Positions 36,502 through 45,171 of a stretch of 64,000 nt of DNA are shown here, piece after piece; positions within the stretch are counted from its first letter, which is position 1; every line of letters starts with the position of its first letter. The stretch comes from an uncultured Candidatus Saccharimonadales bacterium (GTDB lineage Bacteria > Patescibacteriota > Saccharimonadia > UBA4664): the NCBI GenBank assembly GCA_964467655.1, contig CAYXSN010000009.1, forward strand, positions 85-64,084. Reading direction: 5' to 3'. The notes below the pieces were generated by a model. It saw only the letters and a program-made list of their open reading frames with translations, searched no databases and was not told where the DNA came from. The position numbers were made by a program, and so were the translations under genes.

Positions 36502-37365
36502 CTAATGCGGAAGGGCCGTCAGATCGATTTTGGCAGCCAGCTGATCGTAGTCTGGCCGCGATGCTGTCTTGAGGCGCTCGGCAAATTCCCGTGCCCGAAT
36601 GTCCTCGTAAACCACCTCGGATACATTACCCGCCATGGGTCTCAGCAGATCGACGGTTCGCTCAAAGAATTGAGCGCCGCTCTTGGCATTGCCCACTCCA
36701 AGATAGCCGTGAGCCAGTAGGCCGTAAATTTGAGCCAGCCGTCGTTTCTGTCCGTCCTGTTCGTTCGCCTGGAAAATAAGGCCCACGCACGACCAAAGCG
36801 CCGTAATTGCCTCGGAATGCTGCTCCCGAACTAGGCGCAGGGCCGCCAAGTGCAACAGAGCCGTCATTTCGTAGAACCAATGGCCTTCTTTGCGAATCGT
36901 GGCCAAACCTCGATCAAGCCACTGTTCGGCCTTGTCGTAATCCTGCACTTCCAGGTAGTGCAACCCGATCTTAGACTCCGTGATACCCAGCTCAGCGTCA
37001 GCCCCGCTACCACGCAGCGCCTCTTCGCTTTTCTCTAGCCACTCGATGGCTTTGTCATGCTCCTTGCGATAAGCATAGGCGATGCCAATATCCCGATAGA
37101 CGCGCCCCACACCAGCTTCATTGCCTGTTTCATAGTGAAGCTGAGCCGCCTTTTCAAGCGTCTCGATGGCAGCGTCAATGTCGTTCTCGACCTTGTAGCT
37201 CACTCCGACCATATGCCAGCACTCGGCTGCCCGTTGCTTTTCGCCAGCCTCTAGGAACAGGGCAGCGGCTTGCTTGTATTTCTCGACAGCCGCCAAGCCT
37301 TGACCATTGTTGCGAAGGTCACCAGCTTGTTTTTCGAGCAGCTCGGCTTGGTGGATTTGATTCAT
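36502..37365 (-). CDS. tetratricopeptide-repeat protein
   Basis: At least 6 TPR units (A..Y....G....A pattern repeated), 287 aa, no other domain. Confidence 0.8.
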   Translation of the reverse strand: MNQIHQAELLEKQAGDLRNNGQGLAAVEKYKQAAALFLEAGEKQRAAECWHMVGVSYKVENDIDAAIETLEKAAQLHYETGNEAGVGRVYRDIGIAYAYRKEHDKAIEWLEKSEEALRGSGADAELGITESKIGLHYLEVQDYDKAEQWLDRGLATIRKEGHWFYEMTALLHLAALRLVREQHSEAITALWSCVGLIFQANEQDGQKRRLAQIYGLLAHGYLGVGNAKSGAQFFERTVDLLRPMAGNVSEVVYEDIRAREFAERLKTASRPDYDQLAAKIDLTALPH

Positions 37366-37424
37366 GAAATTCCTCGCTTAGGTAGATGGCCTAATATTCA
37401 GTTTAACCCAAAAGATTTGCTAGC

Positions 37425-38318
37425 CTAGACGGCTGAAACGATGCAAGTCGGACAGCTCACATCGCCCTTCCATTCGATAGCTGAGTCGGCTTCATGGAAG
37501 GTAAAGTGGTCGAGGCCACGAATTGGTATATGACCCTCCTGGTTGAGCTGCATGATACCCGTTTTCTGCCATCCGCCCTCGCGCGGAATTTCAATCGGCG
37601 CAACCACCACCCGCCAGAGCATAGAAATAATCGATCGCTCGGCATCGCCAGCGGTCTCAGGCGCCAACCCAGCACTATTGATACCCGTAAAGTAACCGAG
37701 ATGGTTAAAAGATGGGCCGCCACTCATTGAATGCAGAATCTCATATGGCACCTCGATTACAGGCGGCTGGGCACTCGATGCCCTCTCGAAAAGATGACGC
37801 CCCGTAATTGGACCTGCGCCATCATGCATCACGAGAGTATGGCGGGTCTTATTGCCCTCCAGGCGAACATTGGCTTCGTCCAGTTTTCCGACATAGTCGA
37901 GGGAAGACATCATGGTTCCTGACCGAGGCGGATGCAAGTCTATCGTAAGGCGAGGTAAGTTATCGACGTCCTCGTGGGGCAATGGCCCATCAATTGCCTG
38001 GGCCGTCAAAATCGCCAGGTCCGAATTTGGAACCATATGTATCTTGCCTATTCTCCATACCAGTAATTGCTTATCCTTGAGAACATGTAGCAGGTCAACC
38101 TCGAAGGTCACATTCGTATCCGATTCGAGCATGCTTAGCTGCCTTGCCATACCCATATCAATAAAAGCCTTCTCGACTACGTGCTTCGCCGTGATAAAAA
38201 TCCCAGGCGCCAGGTAGGCAGCCGATCCGACAACCTCGTTAACACCTCTTATCCTGTGAGCTAAAACCAAACAGACGAGCTGTTTGTCGCTCTCGAAATA
38301 TTTGCTCCAGTCGCTCAT
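37425..38318 (-). CDS. cytoplasmic trypsin-like (S1/chymotrypsin-fold) serine peptidase with C-terminal extension
   Basis: Candidate catalytic triad in canonical order: His in FITAKHVV, Asp in NSDLAIL, Ser in HSMSGGPSF (similar to GDSGGP). No signal peptide. C-terminal ~90 aa ends with a CPTC motif. Confidence 0.6.
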   Translation of the reverse strand: MSDWSKYFESDKQLVCLVLAHRIRGVNEVVGSAAYLAPGIFITAKHVVEKAFIDMGMARQLSMLESDTNVTFEVDLLHVLKDKQLLVWRIGKIHMVPNSDLAILTAQAIDGPLPHEDVDNLPRLTIDLHPPRSGTMMSSLDYVGKLDEANVRLEGNKTRHTLVMHDGAGPITGRHLFERASSAQPPVIEVPYEILHSMSGGPSFNHLGYFTGINSAGLAPETAGDAERSIISMLWRVVVAPIEIPREGGWQKTGIMQLNQEGHIPIRGLDHFTFHEADSAIEWKGDVSCPTCIVSAV

Positions 38319-38346
38319 GCGAACCTTTCAGCGCGGAAAGACGCGA

Positions 38347-38574
38347 CTAAAGACCTTTAAACAAATGCTCTAGGCTCATGCCGAGCGAGTTTGCAATCTT
38401 AACCAGCGTCGATAGGGTAGGCTTCCGTCGGCCCTGCTCGATGAAGCCCATGTGGCTTCTATCAATACCGCTGCTAGCCGACAACTGCTCCTGAGACATG
38501 CCGCGTTCTTTACGGGCGGCAACAATACGCTTGCCTACCTCGGAATAAACAACATCAACAGATAGTGGCTTCAT
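38347..38574 (-). CDS. XRE-family helix-turn-helix transcriptional regulator
   Basis: 75 aa with classic Cro/C1 HTH (GMSQEQLSASSGIDRSHMGFIEQGRRKPTLSTLVKIANSLGMSLEHLF). Confidence 0.8.
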   Translation of the reverse strand: MKPLSVDVVYSEVGKRIVAARKERGMSQEQLSASSGIDRSHMGFIEQGRRKPTLSTLVKIANSLGMSLEHLFKGL

Positions 38575-38609
38575 GCATCAAGCGTATTGCTTACATAAGT
38601 AAGCCGCTA

Positions 38610-38653
38610 CTGACAAATGTCAGAGTTTAGTATATAGTTGCTGACATATGTAA
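38610..38653. promoter_or_regulatory. candidate XRE operator: inverted repeat CTGACA-aa-TGTCAG plus a second CTGACAtaTGTaA half-related site
   Basis: Sits 36-80 nt upstream of the XRE start, in the divergent intergenic region. A TATATAG -10-like box lies between the two sites. Confidence 0.35.
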
Positions 38654-38704
38654 TCAATTAAGGAGAACGTTAATGAGCGAATTACTCAGGCAGAATATGA
38701 CAAT

Positions 38705-39022
38705 ATGCCCACCAAATGGCGGACTCAGCAAAAGGACCACGAGAAGAAACTAGCCCGCCTCACCCAAGCCGACGAAGAGTATTATCTGACCGTTTCTTAT
38801 CTGATGGACATTGCCGCACGCGGCAGCGAACTATTTATGGCCGCCGAACCAAACGAAAAGCGAGAGTTAATCGGTTTGCTTGGTCAGAACCTGTTATTGG
38901 ACGGTAAAACCATCCAAATTAGCCTCAACAAACCGTTCGATGCTCTCGCCTCGTGTCGTAATGATAATAACTGGCTCCGGGGACTGGATTCGAACCAAGT
39001 GTTTCTACCACCTAAATTTTAG
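38705..39022 (+). pseudogene. possible C-terminal remnant of a large serine recombinase
   Basis: KRELIGLLGQNLLLDGKTIQISLNKPF resembles the C-terminal ...relirllverievd.ktikI.f motif of large serine recombinases. No catalytic domain is present. AT-rich. Confidence 0.3.
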
Positions 39023-39055
39023 GCTCGCTTTACTTTAGCTTACATCTGTAAAATA

Positions 39056-39751
39056 TCAAATAACATTATACCCCTTGTCGGCTGTAAACTCTATTTGTTC
39101 GTAGACGGCACTTGGCTGGCCATAGTATTTAGCCCACTCTTTATCGCCATATGAAAAGTGCCACCACTCACCGTCAAAAGGAGCGAAGCCGACTTGCATC
39201 ATGACCTTACGGAGCAGTTGCCGATTACTTTGCGCTTCTTCGCTGATGAATGGCGAAAAAGTAAAAGAATCTTTAACAAACTCCCAAATCAGTGTGCCCA
39301 TATCTAGCGGCTTTCCATTTTTAGTTATTTGAATATCTATGGCCCCGCCTGTAGGGTGACCGGCAATTTCAGGGACTGCAATTAACTGGTGAGTGGCTTG
39401 TAGCAACTCTCTGCCTGTAAATTCTTTTTCCAACAGTTTTTTGTATTTCAAAAACAGTTTTTGCTGGATACTTAGCGCCCTGTAGCCGTAGACCACCTGA
39501 AGTTGAAGTTCAGGATTGTTTTTCGCCAACAGATTCGCCGCCTTAGTCAGTTTTGCTAGTACACTTTGTCGTACAAAAATTAAGTCACCGGTATATACCC
39601 GCATGTCATTGTTTATTGGCTTAGTTGTTAGTTTTTTAGTCGATGTAATGGGTACCAACTTTTCTTGTATCGGTTTAACAGGTACGCCAACCAAATCGGC
39701 GTACCTGACCATTTTATTTTCGAGCGATTTATAGGTTGCTTGTTTACTCAT
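39056..39751 (-). CDS. D-Ala-D-Ala dipeptidase, VanX/DdpX family (M15D)
   Basis: Zinc-ligand motifs HPTGGAIDI (HxxGxAxD) and GEWWHF. Length ~230 aa. Confidence 0.75.
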   Translation of the reverse strand: MSKQATYKSLENKMVRYADLVGVPVKPIQEKLVPITSTKKLTTKPINNDMRVYTGDLIFVRQSVLAKLTKAANLLAKNNPELQLQVVYGYRALSIQQKLFLKYKKLLEKEFTGRELLQATHQLIAVPEIAGHPTGGAIDIQITKNGKPLDMGTLIWEFVKDSFTFSPFISEEAQSNRQLLRKVMMQVGFAPFDGEWWHFSYGDKEWAKYYGQPSAVYEQIEFTADKGYNVI

Positions 39752-41109
39752 GACAAACTCAATTCACCGTCGTACAGGACGGCGACTTTGCCAGCGATAT
39801 TAGAGGCAACCACTTCGCCTGAAGCACTATCTATGGCAGCTTCGGTTGTAATGCGTTCACCTGATGGCTGAATGACTTCAAGCCTCTGGTTTTGCTTAGT
39901 ATCTATAGCGGAGGCAACTCCTATAGCGCATGTACCGCTACCACATGCCGTCTCATCAAAAACAGTATTTACTTCTTTAACCCAGACACCAAATTCAGCC
40001 TTTTTGCTAGTCCTATCGTAGTAGGTCACGCCAACAGCAGGTTGTCCGGCCAAGTCATATTTATTTTGCTCTAGCAGCTCAGTAAGCAGTTCGCGCGGTG
40101 TTCGGTCTTGTTGCAGCGTTGCATCTGTAACTACCAGCTGGGCAATACCATCAAGCCGCACAAGAGTTCCTTCTGCAACTTTAGAGGTCAGGCCTCCATT
40201 TTGTGGTAGTGGCATTTCAACTGCAATTACCCTATCTCTGACACTGAAGTTAAGTGGCCTATCTACGCCTGACACTTCAATCATGCCCTGGTAATCTTTT
40301 CCTTCCGTAATGAGCTGAATGACGCTGCGCGTGGCATTGCCACAAAACTCGCCGCCAAACATTTCTACCCGAGCAATCGCTTCCTTACCTTTTGGCAAGG
40401 TAACAAAACAGCACTGCTCAACTTCCGGTTGTTCGGCTTCTTGGTTCTTCCAAGCTGCCATGACTAGCGAGTTTAGTTCTTCTCTGTCGGTGTTTAACAT
40501 TTGGTCAAAAACGACAGCAGTAGTGTTACCAGACGGGTAAACAATGGCCGCACGTTTTAGTGACTTAGGCTTTTCCATCTCATTCTCCTTAAGGTTCTTT
40601 ATTAGGTAGACACGCTCATCAAGGGCGAGCTTTCCATCTTGTCGTGTTTGGGCAACGACTTCAGTTATTGGCTGGCCGACAAAGCCTTCTGAGCTATAGA
40701 GCCCAATGGCCTTGTCATTACGTGTAGTTGTGCGTATCTCTAGAGCGGTAGGCTCTCGGTCAAGTGCTTTTTCAATCAGGGCTCTTAGAGTTCGACGGCC
40801 AAGCCCTTGTCCCTGTCTACGCGGGTCAACCGCGAGCTCTTCGATGTAGTAGACGCCTCTGGCTTTCATGAATCCACCAGCTAATGCGATAACTTCATCG
40901 TTGGTTTGACCGGTCACAAGGTCACCGTTTTTATCCAGAATGTACTGCAAGGCATCTACCGCTTCTGCATCGGTGAAAGCCTCGTCGTATGGTGGATTTC
41001 CAAAAGCTCTTTGGTAAGTGCCGATCGCAGTATTGACTTGTCTTTGACTTAACTCGGCTATATCTGTCACTGGCACAATTTGTAGTGCCTCGGTATATTC
41101 AATTCTCAT
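39748..41109 (-). CDS. fusion protein: N-terminal GNAT acetyltransferase plus C-terminal DapF-like (diaminopimelate-epimerase fold) domain
   Basis: GNAT motif A: YYIEELAVDPRRQGQGLGRR. DapF-like motifs: IVYPSGNTTAVVFD (GNDF-like), FGGEFCGNATRSV (the CGNGAR catalytic-Cys motif) and ETACGSGTCAIGVASA (second catalytic-Cys motif). Confidence 0.7.
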   Translation of the reverse strand: MRIEYTEALQIVPVTDIAELSQRQVNTAIGTYQRAFGNPPYDEAFTDAEAVDALQYILDKNGDLVTGQTNDEVIALAGGFMKARGVYYIEELAVDPRRQGQGLGRRTLRALIEKALDREPTALEIRTTTRNDKAIGLYSSEGFVGQPITEVVAQTRQDGKLALDERVYLIKNLKENEMEKPKSLKRAAIVYPSGNTTAVVFDQMLNTDREELNSLVMAAWKNQEAEQPEVEQCCFVTLPKGKEAIARVEMFGGEFCGNATRSVIQLITEGKDYQGMIEVSGVDRPLNFSVRDRVIAVEMPLPQNGGLTSKVAEGTLVRLDGIAQLVVTDATLQQDRTPRELLTELLEQNKYDLAGQPAVGVTYYDRTSKKAEFGVWVKEVNTVFDETACGSGTCAIGVASAIDTKQNQRLEVIQPSGERITTEAAIDSASGEVVASNIAGKVAVLYDGELSLS

Positions 41110-41193
41110 AGTTCTATCCTTTATTGATTAACTTCTTCAAATACAAAAACGCCAGCTTCGTGCTGGCGTCTATCGTTTATCTGAAGTGACTAT

Positions 41194-41562
41194 TTAATCA
41201 GCACGGGCTGGCGGAATATGTGAATGGTGGTGACTAACGGTTTGTAAGGCGGCTTGGTAGCCGTTACAACCGTTTTGCAACCACTCACTAATGCGGGCAA
41301 CGGTGCGACTGCTTAGCTTTGTTGTAGCAACGATTTCTGCATATTTTTTGCCTTCTGTAAGCATGCGGGCGGCTTCAAATCGTGCGCTAATCTCCACAAT
41401 CTCTTTTTCGGTCATAACATCACGCAGAAAGTTCTGCATTGTAGATTCATCAGGGATAGCAAGCAACACCTCAACCAATTGTTGGGCATTAACATCCTTC
41501 CATACTTTACTTACATCTTGCGACATGAATGACAGTTTACCAAAGTAAAGTGAATTTGTCAA
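41194..41562 (-). CDS. TrpR-related YerC/YecD-family DNA-binding protein
   Basis: ...TEKEIVEISARFEAARMLTEGKKYAEIVATTKLSSRTVARISEWL... matches YerC/YecD. Confidence 0.55.
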   Translation of the reverse strand: MTNSLYFGKLSFMSQDVSKVWKDVNAQQLVEVLLAIPDESTMQNFLRDVMTEKEIVEISARFEAARMLTEGKKYAEIVATTKLSSRTVARISEWLQNGCNGYQAALQTVSHHHSHIPPARAD

Positions 41563-41824
41563 TAACTTCTTTGCAAATCAATCGGTCATGGAACCCGGTC
41601 ACCTTTCCCGCTGCTTGGTTGCTATAGGGCTTTACAGTCACTTTCGGAACCAGATTACGGAGGCAAGTTGACTAATTACGATCGTTTTTCCGGTTCCAAC
41701 CGATTCAGAAGGTATAGGAACCGGACTCGAACTTATTGACAGGGGTAAATTTTTAAGAAGTAAACTCTAAAAATAAAGAAAGACCGGTCTAGGACACCAG
41801 TCTCACCTCTGTTAATGCTTGATT

Positions 41825-41899
41825 TGGCTCCGGAGGTCGGGCTCGAACCGACGACCCAACGGTTAACAGCCGTTTGCTCTACCACTGAGCTACTCCGGA
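41825..41899 (-). tRNA. tRNA-Asn (GTT)
   Basis: Hand-folded 75-nt cloverleaf on the minus strand: TCCGGAG acceptor stem, D-arm, anticodon loop CUGUUAA (GUU), T-loop TTCGAGC, discriminator G and encoded CCA. Confidence 0.9.
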
Positions 41900-41931
41900 A
41901 TATGTGGTACGTCCCAGATTATAACTTTGAC

Positions 41932-43161
41932 CTATTGTCCGGTCAATGGCGCAAGCCGGTAAATAGTATCGTCGCCGGTCCGCACTGTGCCTCGGCCGTC
42001 GCGGTTGGACGTCAGCACATACAGCGCTCCGTCAGGCCCCTGAATCACGTCGCGCAACCGGCCCACATTCAGTTCACTCAGCTTGGTGGAGCTGATAACG
42101 CTTTGGCCATCGGCGCTCAAATCCAGGTCGTACAACCCAGTGCCGGCTAGCCCCGTTACCAACAAATGGCCTTTCAACTGCGGAATAAGTGAGCCGTTAT
42201 AAAACGAGATGCCACTAGGGGCGATCGCCGGCGTATACACCTTCAAAGGACTCACATATTTACTATCAGTCCGCGTGTGACTGACGACCGGCCAGCCGTA
42301 ATTGGCGCCGCGGGCAATCAGGTTGATCTCGTCGCCACCAGGATCGCCGTCCCAGCCTGATGGCCCATGCTCACTGGCGTACAACCGGCCGGTACCCGGT
42401 TGCCAGGCTAGCCCTTGAGGGTTCCGGTGGCCGAGCGTCCAAATGGGGGAGCCGGTATAGGGGTTGTCGGCCGGAATGCTGCCGTCGGGGTTCACCCTCA
42501 GGATTTTGCCGCCCAGGCTGGCCTTGTCTTGGGCCTGGGCTCGCTGGCTGGCGTCGCCGGTCGTAATGTAGAGTTTGCCATCTTCGGGTCCAAAGCCCAG
42601 CCGGCAACCAGCGTGGTTGGCCGCCGCCGGTATACCGTCGATCACGGTGGTCATGGGGCCAACGCTCGTTCCGCGGTCCTCAAACCTCACCACTTTGTCG
42701 CGGTAAGCGCCGGCCGATTTGTAGGCATAGCAGGCGTACAACAGCTTGTTTGAGCCGTAAGCCGGGTCTTTGGCCAGGCCCATTAGGCCTTCTTCGCTGA
42801 CGTTTGAGATGTCGCCCAAAGTAAACAGCGGAGCCGGCAGCAACTTACCATTTTCGATTACCCGTAGCCGCCCCGCCCGCTCGGTCACCAACGCCCGTGA
42901 ATCGCTGGTAAATAGTAGACTCCACGGCACCACTAGGTCTTGCACCCAAGGTTTGGCCGCCACGGCCACCGGTGAGGGCACTGGGGTAGGGGAAGTCGGC
43001 ACCAGCGACGCCGTCGGCCCCGGAGTCATGAGCGGCAATGCCAGGCCCTCGCGCCGGACCCACCAGGCACCAGCCGCCAACACAGCAGCCACCACGAGTA
43101 CCACACCAAAGCGCCAGGTATCGCGGGGGTGATGGTAGGTCAAGCGTTTCATAAACCCCAT
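41932..43161 (-). CDS. PQQ-dependent sugar dehydrogenase (soluble glucose/sorbosone dehydrogenase beta-propeller family) with N-terminal TM anchor
   Basis: ...LGHRNPQGLAWQPGTG...SEHGP...DEINLI..GANYGWP... is typical of the sGDH family. Start chosen at ATG 43161 or 43152. Confidence 0.75.
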   Translation of the reverse strand: MGFMKRLTYHHPRDTWRFGVVLVVAAVLAAGAWWVRREGLALPLMTPGPTASLVPTSPTPVPSPVAVAAKPWVQDLVVPWSLLFTSDSRALVTERAGRLRVIENGKLLPAPLFTLGDISNVSEEGLMGLAKDPAYGSNKLLYACYAYKSAGAYRDKVVRFEDRGTSVGPMTTVIDGIPAAANHAGCRLGFGPEDGKLYITTGDASQRAQAQDKASLGGKILRVNPDGSIPADNPYTGSPIWTLGHRNPQGLAWQPGTGRLYASEHGPSGWDGDPGGDEINLIARGANYGWPVVSHTRTDSKYVSPLKVYTPAIAPSGISFYNGSLIPQLKGHLLVTGLAGTGLYDLDLSADGQSVISSTKLSELNVGRLRDVIQGPDGALYVLTSNRDGRGTVRTGDDTIYRLAPLTGQ

Positions 43162-43270
43162 TGTACACTGTCGCTTCACCGCCGCCCCCGCCCCCGTGCC
43201 CAGCATGAGGGCGGCTGTATGGTGATAACTCTCAGCCGGCTCCCAGCGAATTGAGCGTATAATCCAAGGC

Positions 43271-43954
43271 ATGAGAATCCTAGTCGTCGAAGACGAGCAC
43301 AAAATTGCCGGCGCCATCAAGCGCGGTTTAGAGCAAGAAGCCTATGCGGTTGACGTAGCCTATGACGGCGATGAAGGCTTAAGCTCAGCCCTCACCGGAG
43401 AATACGATGTAATAGTCCTCGACAGAATGCTCCCGGGCTTGCTCGATGGCGTCGATATCATCAAGGAAGTGCGCGCCGAAAACATTAGGACGCCCATCAT
43501 CCTGCTAACCGCCAAGGACAAGGTGGCCGACAGGGTAGCAGGCCTCAATGCCGGCGCCGACGATTATCTGGTAAAGCCCTTTGCCTTCGAGGAATTACTC
43601 GCCCGCATCAGGGCCTTGCTCAGACGCCCCCAAGACGTCGGTTCAAATGTATTGAGCTGCAATGACCTCACCATGGACACCTCAACCTACGAGGTCAAAC
43701 GGGCCGGCCGCAAGCTGACTTTGAGCCAGAGAGAGTACGCTCTCCTCGAATATCTGCTTCGCAACCAAAACCGGATTCTTTCCAAATCAAATATTATTAG
43801 TCACGTTTGGGATTACGACGCCGACATTTTACCCAACACCCTTGAAGTCTATATTGGCTATCTTAGAGCTAAAGTTGACAGGCCGTTTCGGGGCCCCGAA
43901 CTCATCCATACTGCCCGGGGATTTGGCTACAAGCTCGGCGTCGACGATAATTAA
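43271..43954 (+). CDS. OmpR-family response regulator
   Basis: Receiver domain (DD...D...K) followed by a winged-helix output domain. Confidence 0.9.
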   Translation: MRILVVEDEHKIAGAIKRGLEQEAYAVDVAYDGDEGLSSALTGEYDVIVLDRMLPGLLDGVDIIKEVRAENIRTPIILLTAKDKVADRVAGLNAGADDYLVKPFAFEELLARIRALLRRPQDVGSNVLSCNDLTMDTSTYEVKRAGRKLTLSQREYALLEYLLRNQNRILSKSNIISHVWDYDADILPNTLEVYIGYLRAKVDRPFRGPELIHTARGFGYKLGVDDN

Positions 43955-43957
43955 TAC

Positions 43958-44998
43958 ATGTTTCGCTCAGCCGCCGCCAAATTAACCCTCTGGTACCTGG
44001 CACTCATCATGGTGGTGTCAGGGCTATTCAGTGTAGCCCTCTACCAGGTATCAATGAGGCAAATCACCGAAAATGTGCGGCAACAGCGATCAGTATTAAA
44101 CCGCGGGCCTTGGCCCGACACCTTTGACGATCGCCGCCACGCCCTCAATGATTACCTCGATGCCGAGCTCGATTCGGCCCAAGATCGGCTAGTGAATTGG
44201 CTGCTCCTCCTCAATAGTGGCATGCTCCTGCTGGGGGCCAGCGTTTCATACTACCTAGCCCGGCGGACACTCCAGCCCATCCAGGAAGCCATGGAACTAC
44301 AAGGCCGCTTTACCTCCGATGCCAGCCATGAACTGCGCACACCTCTGACGGCTATGCGCTCAGAGATTGAGGTGGCTTTGCGCGATAAGCAGCTCTCGGC
44401 CACCGATGCCCGGGGGCTCTTGGCCTCAAACCTCGAAGAAATTGCAAAGCTTGAATCTTTGTCTGCCGGTTTACTCAGGCTAGCTCGCTCCGAAAACGGC
44501 CTCGATCCCAGTGTTATCAAAGCCACTCCAGCCACCGACATCATCAATGACGCCGCCGAGCGATTTGCGGCGGCCGTAGCCACTGCCGGTGTTGAGCTCG
44601 AATTGGCCCCTGGTCATCACGGCATCACCGGCGACAAAGACAGCCTGGTAGAGCTGGTCGCTATTCTCATCGATAACGCCATCAAATACTCGCCATCAGG
44701 CGGTACCGTCAAAGCCACCAGTTCAGTGTCAGGCCATCACGTCGTCATCACCGTATCAGATGAGGGCATGGGCATACCCGAAGCCGCCCGGGCCCACATT
44801 TTCGACCGGTTCTACCGGGCCGATACCTCGCGCGCCCGTGATTCTGGCGAGCAGCCCGGCGGCCATGGCTTGGGCCTGTCGATCGCCAAACGGATTGTCG
44901 ACCTGCACCACGGTACCATCAGTGTGAGTTCAAAACCAGGCAGGGGGAGTACATTTACCGTAAGGCTCCCCGCTCCGGCCAAACAGCGTACCAGATAA
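43958..44998 (+). CDS. sensor histidine kinase (TM, HisKA, HATPase_c)
   Basis: H-box SHELRTPLTAM. G1/G2 boxes (DEGMGIP, GGHGLGLSIAK). Confidence 0.85.
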   Translation: MFRSAAAKLTLWYLALIMVVSGLFSVALYQVSMRQITENVRQQRSVLNRGPWPDTFDDRRHALNDYLDAELDSAQDRLVNWLLLLNSGMLLLGASVSYYLARRTLQPIQEAMELQGRFTSDASHELRTPLTAMRSEIEVALRDKQLSATDARGLLASNLEEIAKLESLSAGLLRLARSENGLDPSVIKATPATDIINDAAERFAAAVATAGVELELAPGHHGITGDKDSLVELVAILIDNAIKYSPSGGTVKATSSVSGHHVVITVSDEGMGIPEAARAHIFDRFYRADTSRARDSGEQPGGHGLGLSIAKRIVDLHHGTISVSSKPGRGSTFTVRLPAPAKQRTR

Positions 44999-45090
44999 AA
45001 GGGCCAAAAATAATCAAAACAACGGCGAGCAGGATACGGCCGATCACCGGCGCCGCATCACGGGCCTGAGTTGTAGGCTGGTCCGGCTCT

Positions 45091-45116
45091 AAAATAAAAA
45101 AATCCCCACTGGGGAT
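45091..45116 (-). terminator. rho-independent terminator after the TPM gene
   Basis: ATCCCCA-c-TGGGGAT hairpin preceded on the plus strand by AAAATAAAAAAA, which is a T-run on the minus strand. Confidence 0.5.
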
Positions 45117-45171
45117 GGAGGGCCAATCATCTGATTAGCTGGTCTCCGTCCCCAGTGGGTAGTGCATCTCT

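Noticed and set aside
41680-41745. tRNA-like fragment (GTTCGAGTCCGG, T-arm-like) and CCGGTTCC...GGAACCGG inverted repeat next to tRNA-Asn
   Set aside because: No acceptor or anticodon arms can be completed. It is probably chance, or a highly decayed att remnant. It is mentioned only as context for the island finding.
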